Positions 27,001-38,482 of a stretch of 64,000 bases of DNA are shown piece after piece; the first letter of the stretch is position 1, and each line of letters begins with the position of its first letter. This DNA is from Eledone cirrhosa (taxonomy: Eukaryota): positions 40,548,001-40,612,000 of the forward strand of contig OZ024751.1 in assembly GCA_964016885.1 (NCBI GenBank), in the 5' to 3' direction. A program made the position numbers and the translations under genes. The notes beneath the pieces were generated by a model, which searched no databases, had not been told where the DNA came from, and saw only the letters and a list, made by a program, of their open reading frames with translations.

Positions 27001-30000
27001 CTTGAGCAAGACACTTTATTTCACATTGCTCCATTTTACTCAGCTGTAGAAATGAGATGATAGGGACTGGGGTCCCTATCATTCCACTGCAAAGTGGTCA
27101 TGGAGGTGCCACGGCAAAAAAGCACCCAGTACTCACTGTAAATGAGGTTGGTGTTAGGAAGGGCATCCAGCTGTAGAAATCAAGCCAGAATCAGTTCCCG
27201 TCCCACCCTTGCAAGCAGGGAAAAGCGGACGTAAAAATGATGATGATGATGTATCTGGTTTAGAATAGGTACACTATAACCCTGTGTGTTTTACAATATG
27301 TACACAGTATCCCTGTGTGTATCTGGTTAAGAATAGATATCCTATATCCTTTTATATATCTGGTTTACAATAGGTACAATGTATACCTGTGAATGCATCT
27401 GGTTTAGAGTCTTTGTGTAGAGTCCATATTATAACTTGTTTCCTTTCTTCGTTACAGAAACAGAGGCATTGGGTGTAAGCCGGGTGCTGGTTGCTTCAGG
27501 TGAAGGGGAATTTGACAATTTATCCAAAGAAAATCTATCAATTATTCTGTCTTATGGTGATGCCTTGTTGGATATTATCTGTAAAGATATATGTGATGGA
27601 CATAATGTTGGCAGGGTGAGTAAACTTAGACTTTCAGGCTTTCATTTTTATACTCAGAAATGGGATTAGTAGTGTTGTTTAATTCATGGTGGTGGTGGAT
27701 TGGCAGAATTGGTAGAGCATCGGACAACATGGTTATAGTTCCGGTCCTTTATGCTCTGAGCTCAAATCCTGCTACGGTTAGCTTTGCCTTTCATCATTAC
27801 AGGGTTAAAATAAGTACTAATAATGCACTGGGGGTTAATTTAATCAAAATAATAATTGACAAAATTGAGTAAAGTACTACTGGTGACATTTCAAAATTTT
27901 CCAATGCTTCTTAAGTCAATCACTTTATATATGATGGGCTTCTACACAGCTTCATTCTGCCAAAATTCCCTCACAATATATATATGGAGGCACATGGCTT
28001 AGTGGTTAGAGCATTGGCCTTGCAATCGAAAGGTTGTGAGTTCAATTCTCAGACCGGGTGATGTGTTGTTTCCTTGAGCAAGACACTTTATTTCACATTG
28101 CTCCAGTTTACTCAGCTGTAGAAATGAGATGATAGGGACTCGGGTCCCTATCATTCCACTGCAAAGTGGACGTGGAGGTGCCACGGCAAAAAAGCACCCA
28201 GCACTCACTGTAAATGAGGTTGGTGTTAGGAAGGGCATCCAGCTGTAGAAATGAGGCCAGAATCAGTTCCCGTCCCACCCTTGCAAGCAGGGAGAAAGCG
28301 GACGTAAAAAATGAAAATGAAATGAAATATGTATGTCAGCTCTGTTAATTTATGTATACATTAATGTATAATGTTTCTGTTTTCTAGCTTCTGGCTCTAT
28401 CCTTACTTGACTGTATTCTGTCTCTAGACAAAAGCAATCAATGTTTACACTTCATGATCTCCAAAGGTTACCTCCAACATCTCATTGATGGCATTCTTAC
28501 TGATGACACACACTTACAGAATCTCTTGAATTCCTCTGTGGAATCTCTCAAGCATCTTTACAGCTTTGAAGGACGTATGGTGAGTTGTTGTTGATATTGG
28601 TGTTGTAGTAAACTTTGGTTAAATAAGAACATGTAGTGAACTGCTGTTGTTGATGTTGTTATTGTTGGGTAAATTTCAGATAAGGATGTGTGGTTAAGTA
28701 TTTGTTAGTAAATCTCAGTTAGACAAGAACATATAGTTAAGTTGTTGTGGGTAAACCTTATATGGTAAATTGTTGTTGTATCTAAAGCTCAGATAAGGGA
28801 TATCTAGTTAACATCCAGTTCACTACAAACACATCCAATATGCTGTAGAGGAATTTCTCTTTATTTTATTTCTTAAACTTGTAATGTTTATTATTTATTG
28901 AATTTCATTGATTTTCAGACATTTTGCAGTCGAGTGGCATCTTCTCCTGCTGGTGCATATTCTCTGCTGCGCTGTGGTTTCATGCAGCGGTTGGCTGGGT
29001 GTGAAGTGTTTTCTATGCGACCTGAATATGAGAGGTAGGTGTGACTGGTGAAATACTCTGTGTAGTTAGAATATGAGAGGTAGGTGTGACTGGTGAAATA
29101 CTCTGTGTAGTTAGAATATGAAATTTAGGTGGGATTGATGAAATGTTTTTTATGTTGTCAGATTATAAAATGTAGGCGGAACTAGTGAAATGTTTTCAAT
29201 GTGATCAGAATATGAAATGTATGTATTATGATCTTATTGCAGAGGTCAGGCAGATGGTAATACACTTATGGATGAAGAAGCAAGTCTCTCACCATTGGCT
29301 CGATATCGCAGACTTCTCTTCCCTGTCCTCAAAGTGTGTCTAGCCATTATTTCTTCAGTTGGAGTAGAAAACAGCAATGCTGCTAAAGAGGTAATATTGT
29401 TATTTCTCATTTTTCACTGACTTTCTGCTTTGCCTATATTTCAAACATAACAAACTTTTGCTCTATATATATATATATACATAAAATGATGATGATGATA
29501 TATATATTTATGTAATAAATGGTCTGTTATTTCCTCAGATCTAGGTTCTAGTTTCATTATTTTGGTAATTTTCTTAAACAATTCTCTCAAAATTTGAATT
29601 TAAACTAAATGTTAAAATAACATTTTTTTTTTTTAAATATTGCTTCAAGAATTCATGTTAAAATACTGAAAACTATCGAAGCAAATAATTTATGATAAAA
29701 AAATTTGGTGTAAGTATATATTTTTTTATTCTTAAAATAATCTTTATTGTTTATTTTAGATACTCATCTTTATTGTGTCTCATGGAGATGTGTTTCATGG
29801 TATTTTGAGGGATCGCCACAGTTTACATGATTTAGGGGCTTTACAGGAATTAGAATTGGCAACGGCTGTTATCAGTAAAGTGGCTGTACATGGTGAGTAT
29901 ATACACCCTGTTCTTAACATATTTCTAACAAAATATACTATATACACATTGGGCACATGTTGGTTATATACACCCTGTTCTTAACATATTTCTAACAAAA

Positions 30001-33000
30001 TATACTATATATATATTTATATATTTATATATATATATTGGAGGCACATGGCTTAGTGGTTAGAGCATTGGCCTTGCAATCGAAAGGTTGTGAGTTCAAT
30101 TCTCAGACCGGGTGATGTGTTGTTTCCTTGAGCAAGACACTTTATTTCACATTGCTCCAGTTTACTCAGCTGTAGAAATGAGATGATAGGGACTGGGGTC
30201 CCTATCGTTCCACTGCAAAGTGGTCGTGGAGGTGCCACGGCAAAAAAGCACCCAGCACTCACTGTAAATGAGGTTGTTGTTAGGAAGGGCATCCAGCTGT
30301 AGAAATCAAGCCAGAATCAGTTCCCGTCCCACCCTTGCAAGCAGGGAAAAGTGGACGTAAAATGAAATGATGATGAAATGACAGTGGGCACATGTTGGTT
30401 ATATACACCCTGTTCTTAACATATTTCTTAAGAAATATACTATACATACAGAGGATACATGATGGATATATAAAGCCTTTTCTTACCATATATCTAATGA
30501 AATATACTATACATACAGTGGATACATGATGGATATATAAAGCCTTTTCTTACCATATATCTAATGAAATATACTATATACACTGGATATATTAATTCTT
30601 TCATAATTCACATTGATTTATTTTTCAGCTGAAACAAAAAGTTCCAACTTAGAAACTAACATTGGTGTGATGACCTCAATGGAGTTCTTTAGTCAAGTGA
30701 GTCGTATTCAACGTGAAATGTTGGGACTTCTTCAGCGTTTTGTATTGAGTGAGAAAGTACTGAAAGTTCTGCAGAATGTTGACACTAAGCTCACAGCTGA
30801 TGGCAATGATATCAGAGCTGAGATATCTCTTACCTATAAGAAGATAATCACCAACGCTGTAGCTTATTGTCGATTACTCATCACAAAATCCAGTAAGGAC
30901 TTTTTTATTTGTTTGTGTTGTTATTGGAGGTTGTTGTTTTTTTTGTTAAATATTTTTTTTTTTTTTTCCGTGATGTTTTCAGAAGAAAAGAAAAACATTT
31001 TATAAAAATCCAGTTTCTTCTGTTTTATGGATATATATTTGTGTGTGTATATATGTATGTAGATATGTGTGTATAAGTATCTATCCTTATATGTATGTAG
31101 ATATGAATATATATGTATGTGTAAGTATAAATATATATATATATTTGTGTGTATATATATATGAATATATATGTGTTTATATATAAACCTAGTCTTGTTT
31201 TGAAAATTGTTTTTAGTCTAAACCCCTCTTAATTTATTCCTGCCCTAGGCTCCAATGCTGAGTTTTGCAAGATTATTTTTGGACCAAATCTAGAAGAACG
31301 AAATATTGGTCAAGATGGTAAGCTGTTTATATAAACTTTAAATCTAACAAGGTAGTCACAACAAAAAGCATTCAGTCCACACTGTAAAGTGGTTGTTTTG
31401 GTGTCACAATATAGCACCTTGTACACTGTAAATGTGGTTGCCATTAGGAAGGGCATCCAGCCATAGAAACCAAGCCTAAACCAGTTCTGTAAGACACGGT
31501 CATTTGATCTGGCTTCTCTCAAAATGAGACAACTCATCTTACCTATGCTAGCATGGAAAAATAGACGTTAAACAGCGATAATGATGATGATAGTGGTTTC
31601 AAATTACAGTTGATATCTGTGAAGACTTTGTATAGAAATTATTTTCAATATAAACACTTTAAAATAAATAGCTTTATATTGTAGAACCAGGAGTGGGTTC
31701 AAGCAATTTATTATCAAAAAGGTTAAATAATAACTTCTTTATTAGATTCTAACATAAAAAAACGATGATGATGGTGAAAGTGGTTTAATGTTAAATGTTT
31801 TTAACTTTGCAGATACATCATTCTCTCGAACTTACGCTGCTGGACACCCACCAAACTTGACCATTGTTGTACAACACCTGAAGCAGTGCAGTAGTCAGTT
31901 TATGTCAGTATTTGATAGTTATCAACAGTTGAAGAGGAAACTGGCCAGTGTAACAGACTTGACCGCTGATGACCTGAAGGAGGTAAGGTTCTGTTGTGGT
32001 GGTGGTGGTGGTCTTGTGGACAACACTGGACACTGGGGAACACTATAGAGAGATGGGGACAACACTGGACACTGGGGAACACTATAGAGAGATGGGGACA
32101 TTGGGGAACACTATAGAGAGTTGGGGACAACACTGGACACTGGGGAACACTATAGAGAGTTGGGGACATTGGGGACAACACTGGACACTGGGGAACACTA
32201 TAGAGAGATGGAGACACTGGGGAACACTATAGAGAGACGGAGACACTGGGGAACACTATAGAGAGACGGGGACATTGGGGACAATACTGGACACTGGGGA
32301 ACACTATAGAGAGATGGGGACAATGGGGAACACTAGAGAGATGGAGACATTGGGGACAACACTGGACACTGGGGAACACTATAGAGAGATGGGGACATTG
32401 GGGACAACACTGGACACTGGGGAACACTATATAGAGATGGGAACATTGTAGAGAGATGGAGACATTTGGGAACATTATAGAGAGATGGGGACATTTGGGA
32501 AACACTATAGAGAGATGGGGACAACATTGGACACTGGGAAACACTATAGAGAGATGGGGACATATTCATCTAGCATCTAACAATATATAATGTTATATTA
32601 TGCTATATATACATTCATCTTTCTCATTTGTTAGTTACCACCGTAGTGGAATGTTTACACTATATATATTATATGTCTAACCACGTTTTCCAGTACTCTG
32701 GTGTTGCAGATTTAGAGAAGGTCTCAACACAACAACAACAACAATTAGCAAAGAAAAGACTTGTACAAATTATTGGTTACCGTTATCAAGAATTACAGAA
32801 TTTTTCCTGTATCCTTTTTGGTGCCATTTTGTTACCTTGGGGCACTTTACTTCAAAGTTTTAAAATGTGTTTTAAACCAGTTTTAAAAACCCGATTTATA
32901 TACATATATTATGTTTATATATAAATATATAACAATATATACTTATATTTTATACATTCATCTTATATATATACATATGATATGATGGGTGTTTCAAAAA

Positions 33001-34610
33001 TAGGTATACACACTTTGATTACCTGTACAGGCAATATTTATTAGTGTATACATTTCTTTTTGGGCACCCTGTATATATATATATATATTCACCTTGTATA
33101 TAACATATGTATATACATGTTTTTACCTGTGAAAATAGAACCGAAATATTGTTGAGTCGTTTGTCCTTATCTGTAGACATTATTGAAAACTGTTTATTTA
33201 TCTTATGGCGCCACCTGGAGTATTATTTACTTCACTGTGTCCCCCTCGATCAACAGCCAAGCCTCTACCAAACCCAACATCGTGAGCAATCAAGACAGTT
33301 CAGTGGTGAGTAGAAAACCTTTCATTTATTGATTCTGATATTTTAAGAATGGTTCTCTTTATATTGTCAAAGAGAATAACAGGACCACAATGGGGGAAGA
33401 ACATAACTAGGACCATTAAGAAGGGCAAACATAGATGGGTTGGCACGTCTCTTGTTTCAGAGACAACAGGTGGACTATTAGAGTGGACACCAAGGCCGTG
33501 AAGAAGAACTGAAGGTGGCCAAAGGCCAGTTGGTGTGACGATCTAACCCGATACCTCGGCCTGACATGGCCAGAGATAGGAAGCAGTGGAGGTCAACCAG
33601 AGCGGGGTTCCTGCAACAGGAATGAGAAGGCTCTAGATTTGAATTTTGAAAGCATGTTAGCTTAAATTGAACTGCTTCAACACAGGTTTCTCGACTACGA
33701 AAAATAGTCAAACAAGTTGGGCATATGATCCCTTCTTTTGTGTGTAAGGAGGAGAAACCTTTTGTTGTCGACAGTGAGAGTAGTTCTCTAAATTTCTATC
33801 CTATCCTTATTCTAGCTTGAAGCACCCTCCTCCGCAGCTAATTAGGTCAATGTATATATATTATTTTGTACCAAACATGAACATTTATGCTTCATTTTTA
33901 TTTTAGATATGACATTTGCAGTTTCTCATAAAGACTTTGATCCCAGTTCTGGAAGCCATAGCGTGACATGTGAAGAACTCGATGCTCTCAAATGCAACGC
34001 TCCGACTATTATTGGGGACGCTCTCATGAAAAAGATTCTGGAAATAAACCAAGTAAGGGTGTTTAATATTCAACTGACGGTCATATCATCAATTTACAAA
34101 GTAATTTTAATAGTATTTGTTAGAGAATCAGATTAAATGCTTTAGTATTTGGTCATCATGGAGAAGTCAACATAAAAACAACATGCCTACAAAATCAGAA
34201 AACAGCACAGCTCCCATGAATTTCGGAAACATTTTTTCACTTAGAGTTGCTGAAGCATGGAACAAACTGTCTGCGTCGGTTGTTAGCTGCCGAGACACTG
34301 CATCCTTTAAAACCCTCATGCTTCCCGAAATTCGCCAAAACTACAACTGATGTCCCCCTTCCATACTCATGCACTGTTCATTTTTCTGACGTTTATACAT
34401 ACATTTTTTGATGAGTTGTAGTGCACCTGAGCACTGTACACAATATTTTCATTATTATTTAGAATTTCTGTTTTAAAAACTGTAAATATAATCTGCAATT
34501 TCCGTTATATTTTTCAGTGTTTTGGAAAAGCTCGAAGTCATTACAGTTTTGTTGGAGCCGTTGTCCGTCGAATTCGCCGATTGCTCAGACTCCACACCTC
34601 AGATACTTGA
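6695..34610 (+). CDS. NUP205: Nuclear pore complex protein Nup205 (41 coding exons, about 2013 aa)
   Basis: Exons spliced by hand at GT-AG: 6695-6725, 7952-8094, 8733-8904, 9335-9553, 10273-10358, 11345-11570, 12033-12197, 12582-12694, 12825-12887, 13773-13889, 14611-14742, 15321-15471, 15675-15859, 16055-16237, 16623-16676, 17287-17496, 18327-18509, 18938-18995, 19729-19918, 20250-20370, 20791-20872, 21474-21629, 22010-22255, 22839-22982, 23438-23545, 24458-24705, 25537-25728, 26142-26373, 26558-26656, 27458-27615, 28388-28579, 28919-29034, 29243-29390, 29760-29892, 30629-30892, 31249-31317, 31813-31982, 32694-32808, 33177-33305, 33907-34052, 34518-34610. Total 6042 nt, divisible by 3. Motifs recognised from vertebrate NUP205: [63 protein letters not shown] at 34639. 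Confidence 0.95.
10427..11160. repeat. 60-bp minisatellite, about 12 copies, in a NUP205 intron
   Basis: Unit ATACCTGTGCTGTACTGAGGGCTCAGRCAGGTAGTGGGGGCCAGCATCTTGTTTACATAG. Confidence 0.95.
17020..17127. mobile_element. Tc1/mariner-type MITE
   Basis: CAGGGTGTCCCAAAA...GGACCCTG-TA terminal inverted repeats. A related inverted copy is at 32987-33071. Confidence 0.55.
19097..19540. repeat. 15/17-bp minisatellite
   Basis: ACACAAGACTTCTACAC-type units, decaying towards the 3' side. Confidence 0.9.
23086..23301. mobile_element. TTAA-flanked (piggyBac-like) MITE
   Basis: TTAA-CTCTTTAGCATT...AATGCTAAAGGG-TTAA. Relatives at about 25866-26070, 44272-44460 and 55727-55840. Confidence 0.55.
24760..25520. 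repeat. Degenerate 38-40-bp minisatellite interrupted by a reversed LINE/SINE tail
   Basis: GTGTGTATATACTTGCATATATGTATGTATTCATGGAT units; insertion at about 25127-25382. Confidence 0.8.
26697..27410. repeat. Minisatellite of about 35 bp, interrupted by a SINE
   Basis: GTGTATCTGATTTAGAATAGGTACACTATACCCCT units on both sides of the 26914-27250 SINE. Confidence 0.85.
26914..27250 (+). mobile_element. tRNA-derived SINE with RTE-type tail, young copy 1
   Basis: A-box TGGCTTAGTGG, B-box GTTCAATTC, CCTTGAGCAAGACAC core and (TGA)n tail. Confidence 0.8.
27986..28328 (+). mobile_element. tRNA-derived SINE, young copy 2
   Basis: Near-identical to 26914-27250. Confidence 0.8.
30040..30380 (+). mobile_element. 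tRNA-derived SINE, young copy 3
   Basis: Near-identical to 26914-27250. Confidence 0.8.
32017..32562. repeat. Compound minisatellite
   Basis: GGACAACACTGGACACTGGGGAACACTATAGAGAGATGG units of variable length. Confidence 0.9.
32809..33176 (+). other. U12-type (minor spliceosome) GT-AG intron in NUP205
   Basis: Donor GTATCCTTT matches the U12 5' consensus. A TCCTTAT branch-point-like motif lies just before the AG at 33176. Splicing here joins NFS/YIIENCLF in frame. Confidence 0.85.
33370..33625 (+). mobile_element. RTE LINE 3' fragment
   Basis: Frameshifted remnants [25 protein letters not shown] and MARDRKQWR, typical of RTE ORF C-termini. Confidence 0.65.
34135..34460 (+). mobile_element. 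CR1/L2-like LINE 3' fragment
   Basis: [30 protein letters not shown] fits the FFS.RV...WN.LP..VV..FK motif. A short UTR ends in ATT repeats. Confidence 0.7.
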
Positions 34611-35947
34611 TATTTTTTTATACCAAATAATATTTGTGAATAAAGATACAATATATTGAATTCTGGTTTTGCAGGGTTTTTTTTGTGTGTATCACCAACC
34701 ACTTCATAGTGTATATATAAATAAGGTCTGAAGTATGGAAACCACAAATCTGGGTAGCACTCTATGCATGGTATGAAACAGGCATTGCAGTCAGGTTTTT
34801 CCATTTTATATATACATGTATCATCACCACCACCGTTTAACATCTATTTTCCATGCTTGTATGGGTTATCGTGCACTAATATCTGACCAATTAAGTGCCC
34901 AGATACTTTATTTTGGCTTGGTTTCTACTCCAGTTCATGTCTCTCCACCATGAAGTAATCATACAGGAAGAAACCTTTCATTGTCAACAGAGGCTCCATG
35001 AACTGTTTCCATCATATCCTAGCTACTGCTACCATCTCTGTACATCTGCCACATACAAAGTCTACTTGCTCTCTGACTACACCTCATGTATATTGTATAG
35101 TTTCTACCTCCTCCTTCACACATGCAATGTATATATAAGATGGGAATATGGACATTAATTGATTGTGTGTGAATGTATATGTAGACATTCCCACATATGT
35201 TCATTTAACATTTTTTTTTCCCCCTGCTATCGTATGTGTGTGTATATATATATATATATATACCATTGTATTAATGTCTGCTTTCCCTGCTAGCAAGAGT
35301 TGGATGGGTCTACATAGACCAAGTCAGTACTGAAGCGGGGCTACTGACTCCAGATAAGTGAGATGCAAACTCTTTGGCTTATTAAGTGTTGGTGAATATA
35401 TATATATATAGTTATTAGGATTGGTGCTCTGCAACAGTGATATATACATGTATAGTATATTTGGCAATATAATTGTTTCTACTTTTGGCACAAGGCCAGC
35501 AAATTACCCAGTACATTACTGGTACTTTATTTTATCGACCCCGTAAGGATGAAAGGCAAAGTCAACCTCGGCGGGATTAACTTTGCCTTTCATCCTTACG
35601 GGGGGGGGGGGTTCGATAAAATAAAGAACCAGTAATGTACTAATTAAACATACGGTATATTGCCAAATATACTATACATACATTCATATATATATATACA
35701 TATAACCATCATTTAACAGGTTTTCCCGGCTATCTATCTTGATTGATTGATAGAGTAATGCAGCAGAAACTGAACTGCAACAATTAGAAGTATAGTACAG
35801 TAATATGGACTAACCCCTCACAATATTTCCCTTTGAAAACATGTTTTTTTTAAATAGCAAGTCATAACAACACTTTGAAAAAGGAATGCTTCGAATTTAT
35901 TTTGAATCTACAAAAGAGAATTGGTATACAATAATTTACATAAACTT

Positions 35948-37551
35948 TCATTTCTTATTTTTACAATATTTTGCCTCGAGTGATGCAATGGTACTGTTAA
36001 ATTGAGTTGCTCTTCTTTTCAGTATTTGACTTTCAAGTGAATTATTGTTGAAGCCAAGTTGTGCTTTCATTTCTTCAGCCTCTTTAGCTTCTGATTCAAA
36101 TCTGAAATAAAAGAATTTAGATTTTAGTAACCGAAGAAGACAGACCGTCAAATCAAACAAAGAAAACAATGTTTCCATTGGTCTTTCTATTGCTGATACT
36201 ATCTACAAGCTGCAACTCCTGGCAGAGAGAAAGCAACATGAAATAAAGTGTCTTGCTCAAGAACAATGTATCAGCCAGTTTGTGAATCGTATAAACCGCG
36301 GAGTGGGGAGACCCAAGATGACCTGGGATGAGGTGATAAAAGCCGACCTTAGCCAATTACACCTCTCAAAGGCGATGACACACGACCGTGACCTCTGGCG
36401 TCACGCAGTAATACAGAGTACCCGACCTCCCATGGGTACAAGCTGAAGCATATAGACAATATGCCCCCACACCCCCCACTGCAAGGTGGTCGTGGAGGTG
36501 CCACGGCAAAAAAAGCACCCAGCCCACTGTAAAGTGGACGTGTAGGCGCCACGAAAAAGCACCCAACACTCACTGTAAATGAGGTTGGTGTTAGGAAGGG
36601 CATCCAGCTGTAGAAATCAAGCCAAAATCAGTTCCTGTATGAGCAAGGCATGGTCAGCCGACCAGACACTGCCCACAACAGGACAACCCGTCTAACCCAT
36701 GCTAGCGTGGAAGAACGGACGTAAAACGGTGATGATGATGATATATGTTCTCTCTGTCTTGTCCGTTTCTCAGTAACCCCTTGTATTTTAGTGACTTTAT
36801 TGCCTTGCGTGAGTAAATAAAAGAAAAATTAATAATACAATGACCAATATTTATGCTGTGATATGGTCTTAGCTTAAAATAGCCACAGTAAATTATATGT
36901 GTTTATTATACATAAACTATATTGTATATGGCTCCACACATATGCACCTTTATTATGAACTACGCTGTGTTAGTGCTTTCGCTAGTTAATACAAGCCAAT
37001 CAAACTTGCACTATATCTCCAAATATGTTAACAAAAAATTTTATTTACAAAATCTATACGATTTTCATAGAGTAAGTAAGCATTGTTGATGAAAAACTGG
37101 ATACTAAGGTAGCTGTGATATATATTATTATACATGCATATTATATATAGGGATCAATATATACTTTTATTATATTGCACATTGTATCGTTGAGTGTCCA
37201 GCTATTTACCGTATAGATAAAGATCAATAACACAGCAGAAAAAAAAGCGCAATTAAAAACAACACCAACAACAATGGGGAACGTCAAAAACTTAACTTGG
37301 CTGAGCTTTCTCTCCTCTATTTCCGAAACGAATAAGTTTCGTTTTCAGCGTGAGTTCTTTTTAGCCCCCTCTCTAATTAGAAGCTAACTAAATTAGTACA
37401 GTTTCGTTTCTAATTATATACTTTTAAGTGAATTAAATGTTTGCTTTTGTTGTTGTTTGTATAAATAAATAAATATATACATATATACATACATGGCTTG
37501 TTAAGTATATTTTGTTTGTATTAAAAAGTTTGTTTGTTTCACCTTACCAAG

Positions 37552-37582
<31 letters not shown>

Positions 37583-38374
37583 AATTTGGATTTTAAGCTT
37601 GCTCTGTCCATTGTTATATATATTAAAAGGGAGACGGGGCGAGCTTAAGATCCAAATTTATACACAAAACAAAAACATGCTAAAACGTATTCGTTTCGGT
37701 AATTCCAAGAACATAATTTAATTACAACACATTTTATTATGTCAATAATATCTAATTTCTTCCTGCTGTATAAAAATAATGAGTGTTTAATAAATAAAAT
37801 ACCTTTTGTTTCGGTTGCGTTTCTTCTTCATGTTTTCTTTTATAAAATTGTCGAATTTTGGTAACTGTTTTTTTTTAATAAGTCCTTGAATAATATTTAC
37901 AAATCTTGGTTCGTCTTCGAAAGTACAACACATCATATTTTCCATAATTTTGTCCATATCGCCGTCATATTCCACATAGCAGTTTTTCAAGTCTTCTAAT
38001 TCTTCGTCCGAACGTTGGTACTGTTTTTCGAAATCCACAACATCGTTGACAGAAATTCTTTTGAAGAGACATCGCCAGAATGTGTACCAATCCTTTTCGT
38101 CATCGACCCAGTCGTCATCGATACATCCACTTTCATCATAGAGAACTCGTTTATCGTTGTCCTGTAGTATCGAGTAAATCTTCGACAAAACCTGGAATTT
38201 TTCTGTAGCTTCTTCTTTTTGCTCTTCGGCAAATTTATCGGGATGAGTTGTAAGGGATTTTTTGTAATAAGCCCTTTTAATTTCATTAGCTGAGGCAGCT
38301 TTAGTTACGCCTAATATTTCGTACAAGCAGTCACTGTTGAATAGCGTTTGACATAATTCAGATAGATTAGGCAT
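35948..38374 (-). CDS. DNAJC9: DnaJ homolog subfamily C member 9 (J-domain histone H3-H4 co-chaperone), 2 exons, 241 aa
   Basis: Exon 1 is 38374-37803, with a J-domain HPD motif and DNAJC9-like LYEILGV, LYDESG, FEKQYQRSDEE and GDMDKIME. Exon 2 is 36101-35948 (EAKEAEEM...LEAKY). Splice phases are compatible; 726 nt. Minus-strand AATAAA near 35900. Confidence 0.93.
36295..36742 (+). mobile_element. RTE LINE 3' end whose UTR is shared with the local SINE family
   Basis: RGVGRPKMTWDEVIKADL...THDRDLWRHAV*, then GTTGGTGTTAGGAAGGGCATCCAGCTGTAGAAA...GGACGTAAAACGG(TGA)n. Confidence 0.7.
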
Positions 38375-38450
38375 TTTTTTTTTTTTTTTTTTTTTTGCTC
38401 TTATTGTTTAAGAGATTTTCAATATTAAGACAAGAACTCTCCTTTCTATA

Positions 38451-38482
38451 TTTAAATTGCCGCTTAGAAAGATAGCGGGAAA
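38451..38482 (-). promoter_or_regulatory. DNAJC9 promoter E2F site and CDE/CHR-like element
   Basis: Minus-strand TTTCCCGC (38482-38475), followed by GCGGCAATTTAAA about 80 nt upstream of the ATG. Confidence 0.45.

Noticed and set aside
31900-32569. Cys/Pro-rich repeat ORFs
   Set aside because: An intronic minisatellite with variable unit lengths that do not preserve frame.
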